Virus record (IMG/VR): IMGVR_UViG_3300033068_001265
Coordinates: 28,517-92,516 of that record
DNA length: 64,000 nucleotides
DNA from: a virus
Lineage: Duplodnaviria; Caudoviricetes
Direction: 5' to 3' (one strand)
The position numbers were made by a program, and so were the translations under genes. Below are positions 8,106 through 20,400 of this stretch, one piece after another. Numbering within the stretch: the stretch's first letter is position 1; each line of letters starts with the position of its first letter. The notes below the pieces were generated by a model that worked only from the letters and a program-made list of their open reading frames with translations, did no database searches and was not told the origin of the DNA.

Positions 8106-11100
8106 CAGTCAAACCCTCCATTGAGGGTAGCCAAAGAAGACCCATCTCCATGGAACTGTAATCCCTTATTAAGGGCATACTGCCACCTATCAACTCGCTC
8201 CGAAACTCCGACGTGGGTAATTGGATTGTAGGTATTACTAGATGTGATGACCCAATCATCAGCGTCTCCTAGCCAATTAGTTTGAAGTTGCATCGTCCAG
8301 GTTCCTTGGTCTAAGTCAATGTTCGATGAAATCGCATTTATAATGTGATTATACACTTCACTCGTATTCCGTTCAATTAATCGGATTTGATCGTTGATCG
8401 AAAAACATGGATTACCAATTACAGTAGCCGAACCAGTCCTCTGAGCAAACCAAATACGAAGAGAGATTAATTCGGCCATCAATAAGTTTTCTGTATCATT
8501 TTCAAAATGAGAATTAACCCATGCAGCAGGTCGATTAATGCCCCTAAGTGCCGGTACACCGGGTCTGACCTCTTCAGTTGCTGCTGGAGGGACGAAGCGA
8601 ACGAACTTAGTTCGTGAAGGGTCATTGGGGTCCGGAAGATCTGACCCAATGATAATCTCCGATCTCAACGTATCACCATCTAGAGAGGCTTGGTATTCTA
8701 AAAGGTTCAACGCTTCATGTGCTACCGGAACATATGGTTCGGCTCCGGGAACCCCCTCTTCAACAAAATCCCAAGAACCATCCATTTCGTACTTCACGAA
8801 AAGTTTCGTTCCACTAGGCGAACGGTTACCTGACTCCCAAAAATTTGGAGACTCAAAACGAAAATGCCCCTCTTCATCTACTTGAGCGGTGTACGCAACA
8901 ATTTGTTTTAGTTCATTAATGCAATCAATCAATGTTCGTTTATCCCACTTCGATCCATCAAGCACTGAAGTAGTTGGTATTCCCATGGTTTCTATATTAC
9001 CTAGAATAGGAGGGCGTTCACCACTAGCCGAACCCACCCCGGTTGGATCTGCTGAATTGTAGTAAACAAACCCCGCCCAAGCTAAAAGATCCTTGATGAT
9101 ATCTGACATATCCTTTGTGTTGCCATCATGCCATCTATACCCTTGGCGATTCTTCCAACCCGGCTGCCCCCACCACTCAGCATTATACCCTAGAACAGAT
9201 CCATCAGCAATCAACACCCAAAACCCTGAACCATCCGGATCTCTTGAAATGCCCCAAACAAGCCCACGAAAAAAGCTCCAGTCTTGATTGTCGCCAGGGG
9301 TTGGAAGTTCTCCTATCTGACTATTATGTTCATAAACATATTGAGAACCTTGGTTTGTGGCGTCACCAAAGGCCGCTATATGTCCAGAAGGGAAAAGCAA
9401 CCAGTAACCATTGCCAGATTGAGTCGTCTCTATCTGAACGGTCCACTCAGAGGGGTTTAGTTGGAAATTATTTGCCGCCCCTTGATTGTACCAGCGATTT
9501 GTTAATTCACCATGAAATTCAGCCTCACCATAAGCAAAAACCTGACCACATCCGTCCGCTGCCCAAAATCCCATCTTCGTAGGATGACCAACTACGCTAG
9601 TGCAAGCACGGTGGAATGAGTAAGCAGAGGACGGTGCGTATCGCACCTCAAATCCATAAGGGTTCCCCGCTGGATAAAGGTACAAGTAGGTGGGACCATA
9701 ATTGACCATATAATTATATGCTGGAGTTATGGGTAGAGTTGTGTAGCTTGGAGTTGCATCACCAAAGCCGATAATGACACCATTTGAATAACAGACCCAA
9801 TACCCGTTGCCTGTGTAGGTTGGGGTTATATCCATGGCATTATGTCCATCCATATAAGGATGAACACCAATCACCGTTTCACCAAAATGAGTAGCTGCCC
9901 CATAGGCATAAACCTTGCCGGTATTATCTAGAACCCAATACCCCTTGCCGGATGGATGGGCAGCTATTGATATAACATGAATGTTGTTTGCGCCATTAAT
10001 CCCAGCAGAATACCCAATTGGAACAGCCCCATAGGTGGAGGAGTCATAATCTGCCGCATCACCAAATCCATAAATATTTCCATCATCATCTGCTACCCAA
10101 TATCCACGGACGGGGTGAGAAGCCATAGCGTATGTCCAAAGAACAGTATCAAATGGCGCATAATAATCCTCGACCTTCGCACCAGTTCTCTGAGCGATGC
10201 AAGTTCTTAAACCAGAACGATAATATGTTCCTCCACCATCAGTAACACCCGAGTAATAGAAGGAGGGTCCAAGGGTAATTCGAACTTGCGTAGCTGTTAC
10301 GGGGGCATCTAGCTGGATCACCAACTCAGGCTCAAACCCATCAGGTAGATGGTATGGTATCTGCATCTTCTTTAGATATGGAACATTCCCAACACCTATT
10401 TGTGGAACTGTATCACTACCCAACCAAGAAGATCCATCATAAACAGAAACATAAGCGGTATAACCTCCAGCCCATGCCCGAATATCTACGGCATCAATAA
10501 CCTGAGCACCACCAACGGTACTAAAACCCCACCAGTGATATGATGAACCAGATAAAGAATCTGATAGTGACGGTGACCAAGACCAGTTCGTTCGGTTCAT
10601 ATCAGCGGCCTCAGACCCATAATGTCCCGCTATTGCCCCATTTCCAAAGCTAGAATTCAAGTAATCCAATCGGACTTCAGCAATAGAAGCAAGACCCACT
10701 CCAGTAACTGGCTTAGCCCCGAACGAACTATCGAAAGCTGATTTTCCTGGGGGAAAATATTCCAATGGATACAGAGCGGTCGGAATAACCGGAGGAAATA
10801 CGATCTGTTCCAGTAGTAACCTGCCAACATCCCTACATTCAATGAGCAAAGTTCCACCAGAACCGCCTGAAATGCGGTCAATTAACCACACTCCTGTCAT
10901 CATGATATAGCCTTGGCTCTCGGCATCCTCAATGGACAGATTTAGCCCACCATAACCCGCCCTTGTACGAATCAGCGCATTAGGAATAAGAACATTACTC
11001 CACTCAAAAGCAGCATCCCAAGTTCCATCACTGTAGTAAGCGCCGGTGGCGACCGACTGATTCCAGAGCAAGTTAGCTTCAGATGAATCACCCCGTTTAG

Positions 11101-11437
11101 GCCAAAAGTATCCCGGTTTACCTAGTTGGGTTCCTAATTCAGGGGCGATGGTATTTCCATTATGGTACTGGTTGTAAAGAACGATCTTACACGTAGCTAT
11201 ATCTTGTGATGAAGACCTGTCTATTTGGATGGATTTAATGTGCGGAATTTCAACCTCGGTTCGGGTATCAGTAGCATCTACATAATACCTGTACGGTCCA
11301 CGTAAAGTGTTTGCGTAAGTCGTAGTAGTCGAATGTAACTGCCAGTCTGGTTCCACGGTAACACGAGCATGGACACGGTCAGAACCGATTAACCGACCGG
11401 CATCGATCTTATCCATTAAGAACTTGTTGGCTCTCAT
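8105..11437 (-). CDS. tail tip/hub protein with discoidin-like domain and six-repeat beta-propeller insertion
   Basis: directly follows the tape measure; hub-like termini (LLIECRDVGRLL; IGNPCFSINDQIRL); six G-[YF]-W...G...[FY]-G-x-A repeats. Confidence 0.75.
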   Translation of the reverse strand: MRANKFLMDKIDAGRLIGSDRVHARVTVEPDWQLHSTTTTYANTLRGPYRYYVDATDTRTEVEIPHIKSIQIDRSSSQDIATCKIVLYNQYHNGNTIAPELGTQLGKPGYFWPKRGDSSEANLLWNQSVATGAYYSDGTWDAAFEWSNVLIPNALIRTRAGYGGLNLSIEDAESQGYIMMTGVWLIDRISGGSGGTLLIECRDVGRLLLEQIVFPPVIPTALYPLEYFPPGKSAFDSSFGAKPVTGVGLASIAEVRLDYLNSSFGNGAIAGHYGSEAADMNRTNWSWSPSLSDSLSGSSYHWWGFSTVGGAQVIDAVDIRAWAGGYTAYVSVYDGSSWLGSDTVPQIGVGNVPYLKKMQIPYHLPDGFEPELVIQLDAPVTATQVRITLGPSFYYSGVTDGGGTYYRSGLRTCIAQRTGAKVEDYYAPFDTVLWTYAMASHPVRGYWVADDDGNIYGFGDAADYDSSTYGAVPIGYSAGINGANNIHVISIAAHPSGKGYWVLDNTGKVYAYGAATHFGETVIGVHPYMDGHNAMDITPTYTGNGYWVCYSNGVIIGFGDATPSYTTLPITPAYNYMVNYGPTYLYLYPAGNPYGFEVRYAPSSAYSFHRACTSVVGHPTKMGFWAADGCGQVFAYGEAEFHGELTNRWYNQGAANNFQLNPSEWTVQIETTQSGNGYWLLFPSGHIAAFGDATNQGSQYVYEHNSQIGELPTPGDNQDWSFFRGLVWGISRDPDGSGFWVLIADGSVLGYNAEWWGQPGWKNRQGYRWHDGNTKDMSDIIKDLLAWAGFVYYNSADPTGVGSASGERPPILGNIETMGIPTTSVLDGSKWDKRTLIDCINELKQIVAYTAQVDEEGHFRFESPNFWESGNRSPSGTKLFVKYEMDGSWDFVEEGVPGAEPYVPVAHEALNLLEYQASLDGDTLRSEIIIGSDLPDPNDPSRTKFVRFVPPAATEEVRPGVPALRGINRPAAWVNSHFENDTENLLMAELISLRIWFAQRTGSATVIGNPCFSINDQIRLIERNTSEVYNHIINAISSNIDLDQGTWTMQLQTNWLGDADDWVITSSNTYNPITHVGVSERVDRWQYALNKGLQFHGDGSSLATLNGGFD

Positions 11438-11446
11438 TTACTTACC

Positions 11447-14400
11447 TCAGTACAATCTCGGGTCACGACCCGAGGTCCCTGTTCCCAGTGCTTGATTAAG
11501 CACATTAATCATCTCTGCCTGATCAGCCCCATTGTTGATATTCAACGTAATAGTCACAACTCGGTTGTCATTGTAGCCTGCTGCTTGACCATCAGCACCT
11601 ACACTTTGATTCAGTCGTCTCACCTCATACAACGTCGGCAGGGCTAAGCTAGTAGGAAGATTCATCTGAAGGCCACCAGAGATGTCGTCCTTGAGTTGCT
11701 TGATCGTCAACTCCAGATCCTTAAACTGCTTAGTTCCAGGAATAAGAGTGGATTTCAATCCCTCAAGATAATTGACGTACTCCATCTTTGTTAGAGTACC
11801 CATCTCATACATGAATCGGTAATCATCCAACCTATCATTAAATGCTGCATCTGATGCTGACTTATCAGCACTTGCTACAGCAGCACGAAGTCGGTTTAGT
11901 TCAGCCTCTCCACCACCCTTACCTTGAGCAGCCAGGCCTAGAGCTTCCTGTAATTGTGCCCTAGCCTTCTGTGCCTGTACCTGAGCAGACCCAACATCAT
12001 CGCCCATTGCAGCAAGTTCAGCTGCTCGCAGGTCATACTTTGAATCACGGACATCTGACATGGCCTGTTGTAGGGCTCTCTCAGCTTCAATCAACTGCCG
12101 TTGAGCGTCGATCTTCTCATCTTCATTCTGAGCCGCCGAGAGTAACGTTTGAGCCGTCTGAAGATCAGTGTTGGCCCCAGCTACTGGATCGTTCTGTTTG
12201 GCCTTCTCAAGCTCTCTGAGGGCCTTGTAGCGGGCAATGAGAGAATCTCTTGCAGCTTTCTCTGCTGCCTGAAGATCCAGTAACGCTTGAGGCTTTTCGT
12301 CTCCGATAGCATTATTAGCCTTAAATCGAGCAATATCTAGATTAATTACAGCATCCTGAACACTATCGCCCTTTGAATTGAGTTTCTTCAATTGCATCGA
12401 ATCAACGATTTTAGCGATTTGGGCGTCTCGGATTGCTGCTAGAGCCGTAATCTTATTTGCCTGCGCTTGCTTTGCTTCAGGCGAATCAGCAGACCCGGTT
12501 GTTTCTATGGCTGTTTTGTAGTCGATGTCGGCTTGAGCAACATCGGCTAAGGCCGCTCCAACCGAGTCCTTTCTTGCCATAGCCTGAGCCTTAACAACCG
12601 CCATGGTTGCTTTGGTTTTTTCTGCAAGGATTTTCTTTAACTGATTTTCAGCGTCAACAACCCGAGCCTCAGCCTGAGTTTCTTCAGCGAACGAAGATCC
12701 CTCTGCATTTGCCCGCATCTGTCTCGCTACAGCTAGGTCTGCCAAGGCACCGGCAACTGAATTATTCCCAGCCCGCGCTTTAGCTAAGGCCCCCATCGCT
12801 TGAGCGTTAGCATCATTGATCTGCCTAGCTTGGGCTGCCTCAATCTTTGCTGGATCTAGATATCCGGGGAGCTTTCCACCATTAATTTCTGTAGCATCCA
12901 GAATATCTTGAATTCCAGCAGAAGCCCCTTTAAGATCCTGTGCTTGTTTGGTATCCCCCCTGCCCCTGCGCTCAAGATTTTTGCGTTCTGCATCAAATTC
13001 CCTTTGTTTGGCTTCCAACTGGGCAGTGACCTGCTCCGGTGTTAGTTGCCCTGCTTGTTGGCCACGAACAAGTCCACCGATAAAAGCCCCACCAGAGCTA
13101 CCAGTTGCTTGATTGAACTGTGAAGACCACCGATTCCAATTACCTGTTACGGAACCAATGGTCCCAATGACGTTTGAAACATTCGTATTGGGATCGATCT
13201 CTATCTGCTGAGCAAGGATTGCCCGAGCTGTCTCGGGATCAGCCTGCTTTGCCATCTCAATCTGAGCTTCCTTGCGAGCCTGAACAGCAGAGGTTACAAG
13301 CTGCCTACGAGACTCTGGATCCGTAACTTTCCCGCTCTTCAGAAGCTTTGTGTATGTTTCCAGCTTAGCCGTGGCCGCATCTAGGGGGGTATCAAATCCG
13401 GACAATTCAGCGTCAGCCAAGCTCATCTGAGCAAAGGCCATCGCCTTAGCTGAAACAGCTTTGTTGAACTCAGCCAGCCCAGAGAAGAACATTTGGAGAG
13501 TCTGATCTGAGGGGTCCTTTTGCTCCCTCAGCATTTCTCTCATGTTATTCAGGTTTCTAGTGGCAGCTTCTTCGTATTGGCTGAAACTTATGACCCCTGT
13601 ATCACGGTTCTTTGTGATCGTCTCTAGGGTTTGGCTCTTGCGGGCCACCTCAAGTTGGGTTCGAGCCTTCTGGGAAGCTTTAATAACCTCTGGATCTCTT
13701 TCAGCGGCCTCTAGTATTGACAAGGCCTGTCGCTTGTCATCCTCTGTATATTTGGTACTGTACGAAGTTGCTATTTCTTGGAGGTCTCCGTATGGATTCT
13801 TTCCCCCGAAGGCCTTAGAGACCTCTTCGGTAACATCCTTTATGTCATCGACACCAGCCATTTTAGCGACGCGCTTTTTCAGTGCATCTTCAGCTTTACC
13901 GGTTTGATTTCCACCAAACAACCCAGTGAAGGTTTTGAGTTGGGTGCGGACTGCTGTTATACCGGTCCCCCTACCAAAAATCTGAGCAGCCAGCGACCCC
14001 TTTCCGAACTCACCTTTTTGGAAATCTCCATTCGCCAGATTAGCAAGAGCTTCTCTCTGCGCCTCTCTGATATCCTGTCGAGCGCTCGCTGAAGCCTCAG
14101 CTTCTTCAGGAGTTCCCTTCTTGAACTTCGGCTTCTCGATGAGAGAATCCTGTAGCGCTTTGTTTACCGCCGAAGAATCCAGTGATCCAATAGCATCTAG
14201 GCGATCTTTACTTATGTTCTTAGTGAAAGCTACTGACCTATAGATATCAGCGTCACCAAGGAATCTTTCACCCGTGAAGAATGAACCAATCCTTGCTAGA
14301 TTTCCCGGACCGGAGTCTCTAGACTTTGCCAGAGCCTCAAGTTCTGTAGCGGAAACGTCAGTTTCTGAAGCCCACTTGAGGATCTCTTCAGCGTGTTTAC

Positions 14401-17400
14401 GCTGGTGGTTTACCCCGTTGCGGATCGCTAAGTAGGCAACAGCAAGACCAGCTAAAGCCACCGAACCAACACCTAATGCTGCTGTAGAAATACCCAGGAA
14501 CCCAGCAACTCCCGTTGCCATCCCCTTGGCTCCGGCTGTAAGGCCAGTAAGTCCTCCGGCAAACAATGTTCTGGCTCCAGCAGCAGCGCCACCTGTAGCG
14601 GCGGCTTGTTGCCCGAATGCCGCTGCACCAGTTCCGGCACCAGCTTGCTGTCCAAGAAATCCCAGGGACCCCATGCCAGCAGCCTGAGCGGCCTGAGTAG
14701 CTTGAGCCGCCCGAGTGGCTCGGATTCCTTCAAAGAGTCTTCCGAATGTCCCCAATCCAGCACCCTGAGCAGCGGCTGAACCAGCGGCCCATCTGCTTGC
14801 CATGAATCCGCCCAGTTTAGTGGGGGCAAGCTTACCAGCTAAAATAGGGAGGATGCTAGAACCAGAAGCGGTTGCTGCATTACCCCCAACAGCGATAGCT
14901 AAGTGCTTACCAGTGAATGCTGATGCTAGAGATAGGAGCTTAACAGCAGCAACTACGCCTAGAATCTTCCCGGGCAACCCACCAAAGAAATCGTTGATTC
15001 CACCACTGATCTTAAGAATACCCTCCAGAGCCCTTACGAAAAGACCGACGGTAGTAATTAGACCAGAGAATACTTCACCAAGACCACCCTCAAACAAAGA
15101 CGCAACCAAGAGGTTAAATTCCTGACGCAACCTCTGCATCTGGTTAGTCAGGGTCTTCTGAGCAGACTCAAATCGTGCCTGAAGAACTCCCTCGGAATTT
15201 TTTGCACCCTTTGTATACTCTTCGATCTGCCCCCGAGAATCTACTACCGAAAGCAATGTCTGGGCTTCGCGCCTACCACCTAAAAGATTGGTGATGAAGT
15301 CCTGAGACTCCTTGGTAAGTCCCTTGAAGTTCTTGAGCATTGCAAAGAGAACATCTTTGGTTGATCCATCACTCAATGCCTTGACGAATTCTGGAGTCCT
15401 CAAAGCATCATCAGCGGCAGCAAGTTGCAGCAACTGGGTCTTGGCCTGTGAGATGGCAGGAATGATCCTGCCAAAGGACTCAGCTAGAGCAGTACCAGAA
15501 CGACCAGACTTTTGCTGGGCAACAGCAGCTAATGCAGCAAACTCTTCGGCGGAGAACCCGGCTTCTTTACCAACAGGGGCAACGTCACCGATGAAACCAA
15601 TGGTTTCTTTAGCGGTCACACCCGATAGAGACTCTAACCTAAGAGCGATATTGCCGATCTCTTCATTTGTTTTGTCAAATCCAAATGAAGCAGCAGTCAG
15701 TCCATCGGTAAGTTCAGCTGCCGGAATCTTAGTTGCAACCGAAAGTTTTGCAGCAGCATCAAGCTGACTCTCGACCAAATCCTGCCCAGAAAGATTACCA
15801 ATAGTCTGATCACTAAAGGCCCCTTGGAACTGCATCCCGAGAGATGCCAGAACATCTGCCTGCACACCAGTCGTCTTGGAAAGATCAAGGATATTGTCCT
15901 TGAAGCTCTGGAAGATCGGATCAGCCCCAGACCCAAACGTATCCTCCATCTGGGCTTTGACTTTTTCCATCGTGAACTGGAACTCTTGAGCTTCCCGCAC
16001 ACCGGATGAGATTCCCCCCATGGCCCCATAAAGAGCCATGGATGGGAGTCCGTACCTCAGCGTGGATAAGGCACCAGTACCAAAGAATGACGCCGCCCCA
16101 CCAGCACCACGAACGCGAGCCAGAACCCGACTGAACCGTCCCAGTTGTTTAGGTGGTGGCTCACCAGAACCAAAACTGAACGGGTCATTAGGATCAATTG
16201 GCCCACCACCACCGCCACCACCGCTTCCACCGCTTCCGCCGCTCCCACCGCCACGACGAGAATCACTCGTTGTCATCCAATCCCAGAAACGCCTACCACC
16301 ACTTCTAGTGTCTTTGTATGTAGGTGAAGTTACAGGTTCCTGTGGGAACAGTTGAGCCCCCAGAGGAGAAATTCCACCCCTGAGTTTTTGGATGTCTTCC
16401 CTGGTTTGAGAGAGTCTTTTTAGTGAACCTGAATCAAGGCCTTTGACATCAATAGTTGCAGCTTCCTGCTCTAACTTCTCAAGAAGTGCTAGTAACTCCC
16501 TGAACTTAGCCTTGGCACCGGAAGTATCCGCTCCCACCCGGATGAGTTCAGTTGTTTGCATCCCCAGGGTGCTGAATTCACTTTTCAGAACCCCATGGTA
16601 ATCCTGAAGGGCCTTGACACCATCTTGGCGACGACCCATCTCTTCGGTCGTACGAACTTTTTGGGCCTTGGCAACATCTTCCCTTGACCCCGGACCGGGG
16701 GATTCCTTTCGAAACTCTAATTCTTCAGCTGCTTCACCAATCAGCCGCTGGGCAGTTAGCTTTCGTTCCCCGGAAAGGCCATCTGGGATAGCTACGCTAT
16801 CAGCGAATTTCCGAGCTTCTTCAGCTTCCTTAAGAAGCCCGGTAAGAGTTGTTTGACCTTCTGGCGTTCTAAAGTCGTGCAAACCAGAACGTCTAACTGC
16901 TGCGGACAACTCTTTCGCCCGCGCCTCTGCAACCTTAAGACTTTCTGCATCAGTTAAGGCTCCGGTGACTTCATCACCAATAGCATACTGCTTCCGACGA
17001 GCTAACGGAACAAGATCCAAGCGGCCACGACCAATAGCCTCTTCGTCCCTTAATCTCTGTCGATGAGCCTTAGCTTCAGCAGCATCGACGTCGGAGTGCA
17101 TCTGGCTAGCCGACAACTCCTCATCGTTCTCGATCTCTTTCTGGGTATCAGCATGAAACCGTCCCGCTGCAACTTGATCCTCAGCAGCCTTCCGCGGCGT
17201 GTAGACATCTTCATCTTCTAGATCTTCAAAGCTTTTAGCCCCAAGAGCACGTTCTGAGATGGTTCGATTGGCTCGGGCTTCGATCCTATTTGCCCGAGCG
17301 TCAGCAGCGTCCAGACCTTCAAGCATGTACTGCTGATCGGCCTTAGCACTTGCTGATGCCGTCTCTAAGAAATTCAGTCGCTCTGGTCTGGTTACCTGAG

Positions 17401-20400
17401 CCCTTAATTCTGCTAGCCTAATTTTTACTTCAGCGATTGAAGCTAGCGCTGAAGTCGGATCTATTAACAGTTCAGCTGTTTCTAGTTCTTTATCGAGAGA
17501 CCCTAGTCGACCTTTCTTGGCGTTTCCACGCAAAGATTTGGCATATTCAGACCGAGTAATTCCCTCACCCGTATCAAGGAAGGGCCAGTCTACATCCAAC
17601 CCCCTCCTAAAGTTACCAACATCAGCAGCGAATCGTGCTCGTGCAGCGGGAGTTTCCGAGCCACTGTTCTTAGTCAGATCCAATGAGCCTAAATTAAATG
17701 GATCCTTGCCCAGTAGGTATTTGGTGCGAGTAGACCCAGGTGGAATGATGTCCATGATGTTCTGCCGCCATCTAGCAGCAGCTTGGTCCGCCTCAAATTG
17801 CGCCTGTCCATTCTTACCCAGCAGGTATTTAGTCCTAAGAGCACCCGGAGGAACTGTGTTAATAACCCCCTGCCGCCACTTGTAAGCATTCATTTCCTCT
17901 TCGGAAACGTATCTCAATGCCTTAGGAGCAGGAGTATCTGGTCCCACTGGAGAACCAGACAGGAGCCTTCGTGTTCTTTCTGCCCCCGGAGGCGTATTAG
18001 CAATAACCCCTTGACGCCATTTGTAGGCGTTCATTTCTGTTTCAGAAACAGGTCTTAAGGTACGAGCGGCCTCGGCATCCAACCGACGACGCATTTGTTC
18101 ACGTTGCTGCCGAGCAATCTCACGACGACGGAATTCGTCGTCCCAATTACCCCCACCAAGAGCATTGGTCGGTGGTTTACGGGGAGGAGCACCAGCACCA
18201 CCAACACCCAAAGCAATCGGCCCCAGTGTAGACGGCAGTTCTAAAGTTGTTGCCGCCCTTAACTGTGCAGTAGCTTTACGATATTCCGAGGCATACTGGT
18301 TACGGGCTAATACAAGTGCTGTTGACGCCTTCGATTCAAGCCCCAACATCTCCCGAATCTGATGATTTTGGAGAAGGGAGTAATCCGTAGCTGGGTCACC
18401 TAGCCTTACTGGTGCGTTGTGAATAGGTAAGTATGGGGAGTAAGGAACTTCACCGCCAAGAGCCGCACGAATTGCATCCTTCAACTCTTGCGGTCTATTG
18501 GGTGATGCTAAAACATCTTCAAAATAAGAAGTCCCTACTGCTGTCTGTGGAACAACGATTGAATTTCCATACCCCTCACCTATGTTCTTGTAGGTGACAC
18601 CTTGCCCCCCTTCAAAGGCTGACATGGCCTGATCCACGGCGGGATTAGTTTGGCGGTAGGCTAGAAGCTCTTCCTCGGCTAAATCCATCCAAGAGTCTAG
18701 TTCCCCAGCAATCTCATCAGCGACCGAACTGACAGAGTCCCTAACGGATTTCCTAACTTCACCCAATTGACCCTTGTCAGCAGCAAAAAGTAAATGGGCA
18801 TCATTAGCCGCCTGATCTGAAATGCCTCCCGGAAATAAATTCCCACGAGCTATTCTTCTAGAATAAAGCCGAGGATTAGTGACACCAAAGCCGTCACTAA
18901 GTAATTCCCTTCTGGTAAGCCCGACGTCGGACGGCTTTCCAAACCGACCTCTAGTCAGAGCTAGTGATTGATCTACATTCCCGAAGTGTGTAAGGGGACC
19001 TTGGTCAAATCCCTCAACCATTGTTGCATGACTATATACATCGGGACGTTTCATCCACTCCTGGAATGAGTAATCTCCCGGATGCCTACCCGATCCAACC
19101 GCAATTGGTTTATCACCAGACGGCAACACAGAACGAGCTTCGGCTTCATGTGCTTTAGTTGCTCGCCTTACACCAGCGATATAATCTCTTTGTGCTGCAA
19201 CAATATCGGTGGTTGTTTTAGTAGTGGAGGCTGGGATACTCTTAACCTGGGCTTCTGTTTGAGCCCGAAGTTGTGACTGGATTTGTTCCCGTTGTGCTCT
19301 AGCTGCATCACGTCTACGGAACTCAGCCTCAAGAGGGGCAAGTGCTCTGCCTGTTGTTTCAATAACTGGTCTTGACTCAGAGAAATGCGGTCCATACTCA
19401 GGACCACGCACGGTCGGAGGAATAATCTCATCAGGCTTAAAGACGCCACTAGAGGCACCCGGCGTTGGGGACTTCTTCATATCTAGAGCAAACCGAAGAA
19501 CGGCAGCCTCTCGATCAGAAAGCCTTGACCAAAAATCCTTTCCGGCAGCAATAGGTTGCCCACTTGAAGGCAAGACCGACTGCATTTCGGCCTCGATAGC
19601 TCTCCTGGTCCTGCGAGCTTGACCATATCGCTCTATTTCATTTCTTGTATCTAAAGCAGATCCACCAGCACCAAGTTCCAGAATAGGTCGACCAAGACTC
19701 ATGGCCTGGACATTGCCGCTCAAAATGGCCTGAGCAGTAGGGCTTAGTATTCTACCAAGTGCCTCTCTTCGAAGATCGATCGCCTCAGACCATCCAGACT
19801 GAATCCCTGTCAGGCCACTAAATTTGTTCGCTTCCGCCGCTAGTACAGCACGACGCCGACTCGGATTAGATAACGATTCATTCATCACTGAGTAAATGGC
19901 CCGACCCAGGCCCGAAGGAGTGCCGGTCAGAGACTGAGTGAAGGATTCTGCAAACAGTTCTTGGGGATCGGTCGCTGCATAACTAGAAATAGTTTCGACA
20001 CTTCTATCTAAAAGCTCTTCAACTAACCCCGGATCCCGTTTCGTAAGATTCTCAGAAAAAAATTCTTCATTGAGGTCTTTAGATCTAACACGATCCACGG
20101 TGTGTCCGAATTCATGCACAGCAACACTTGTCGCCCCCAGATTTCCACTAACGCGTCCAGCGGAAGAGGCAAGATTAAAGTCCCTCAGGATACTACCGAA
20201 GGGTGTATTGTACCTATCACGGGGGTTTATAACAATCGATGACCCACCTGTTCCGGTGGGACCAAGATTAAATGCCACAACCCCCTCGTCAGAGAAGGCT
20301 GAATGGAGCCTGATAGCAGACTGCTGGGTTTTATTAATAGGGGCAGTCCTTGCACCCGTTGGGGTTCCTACGAAGGACAGATCTTGTGCGACCTCAGGAA

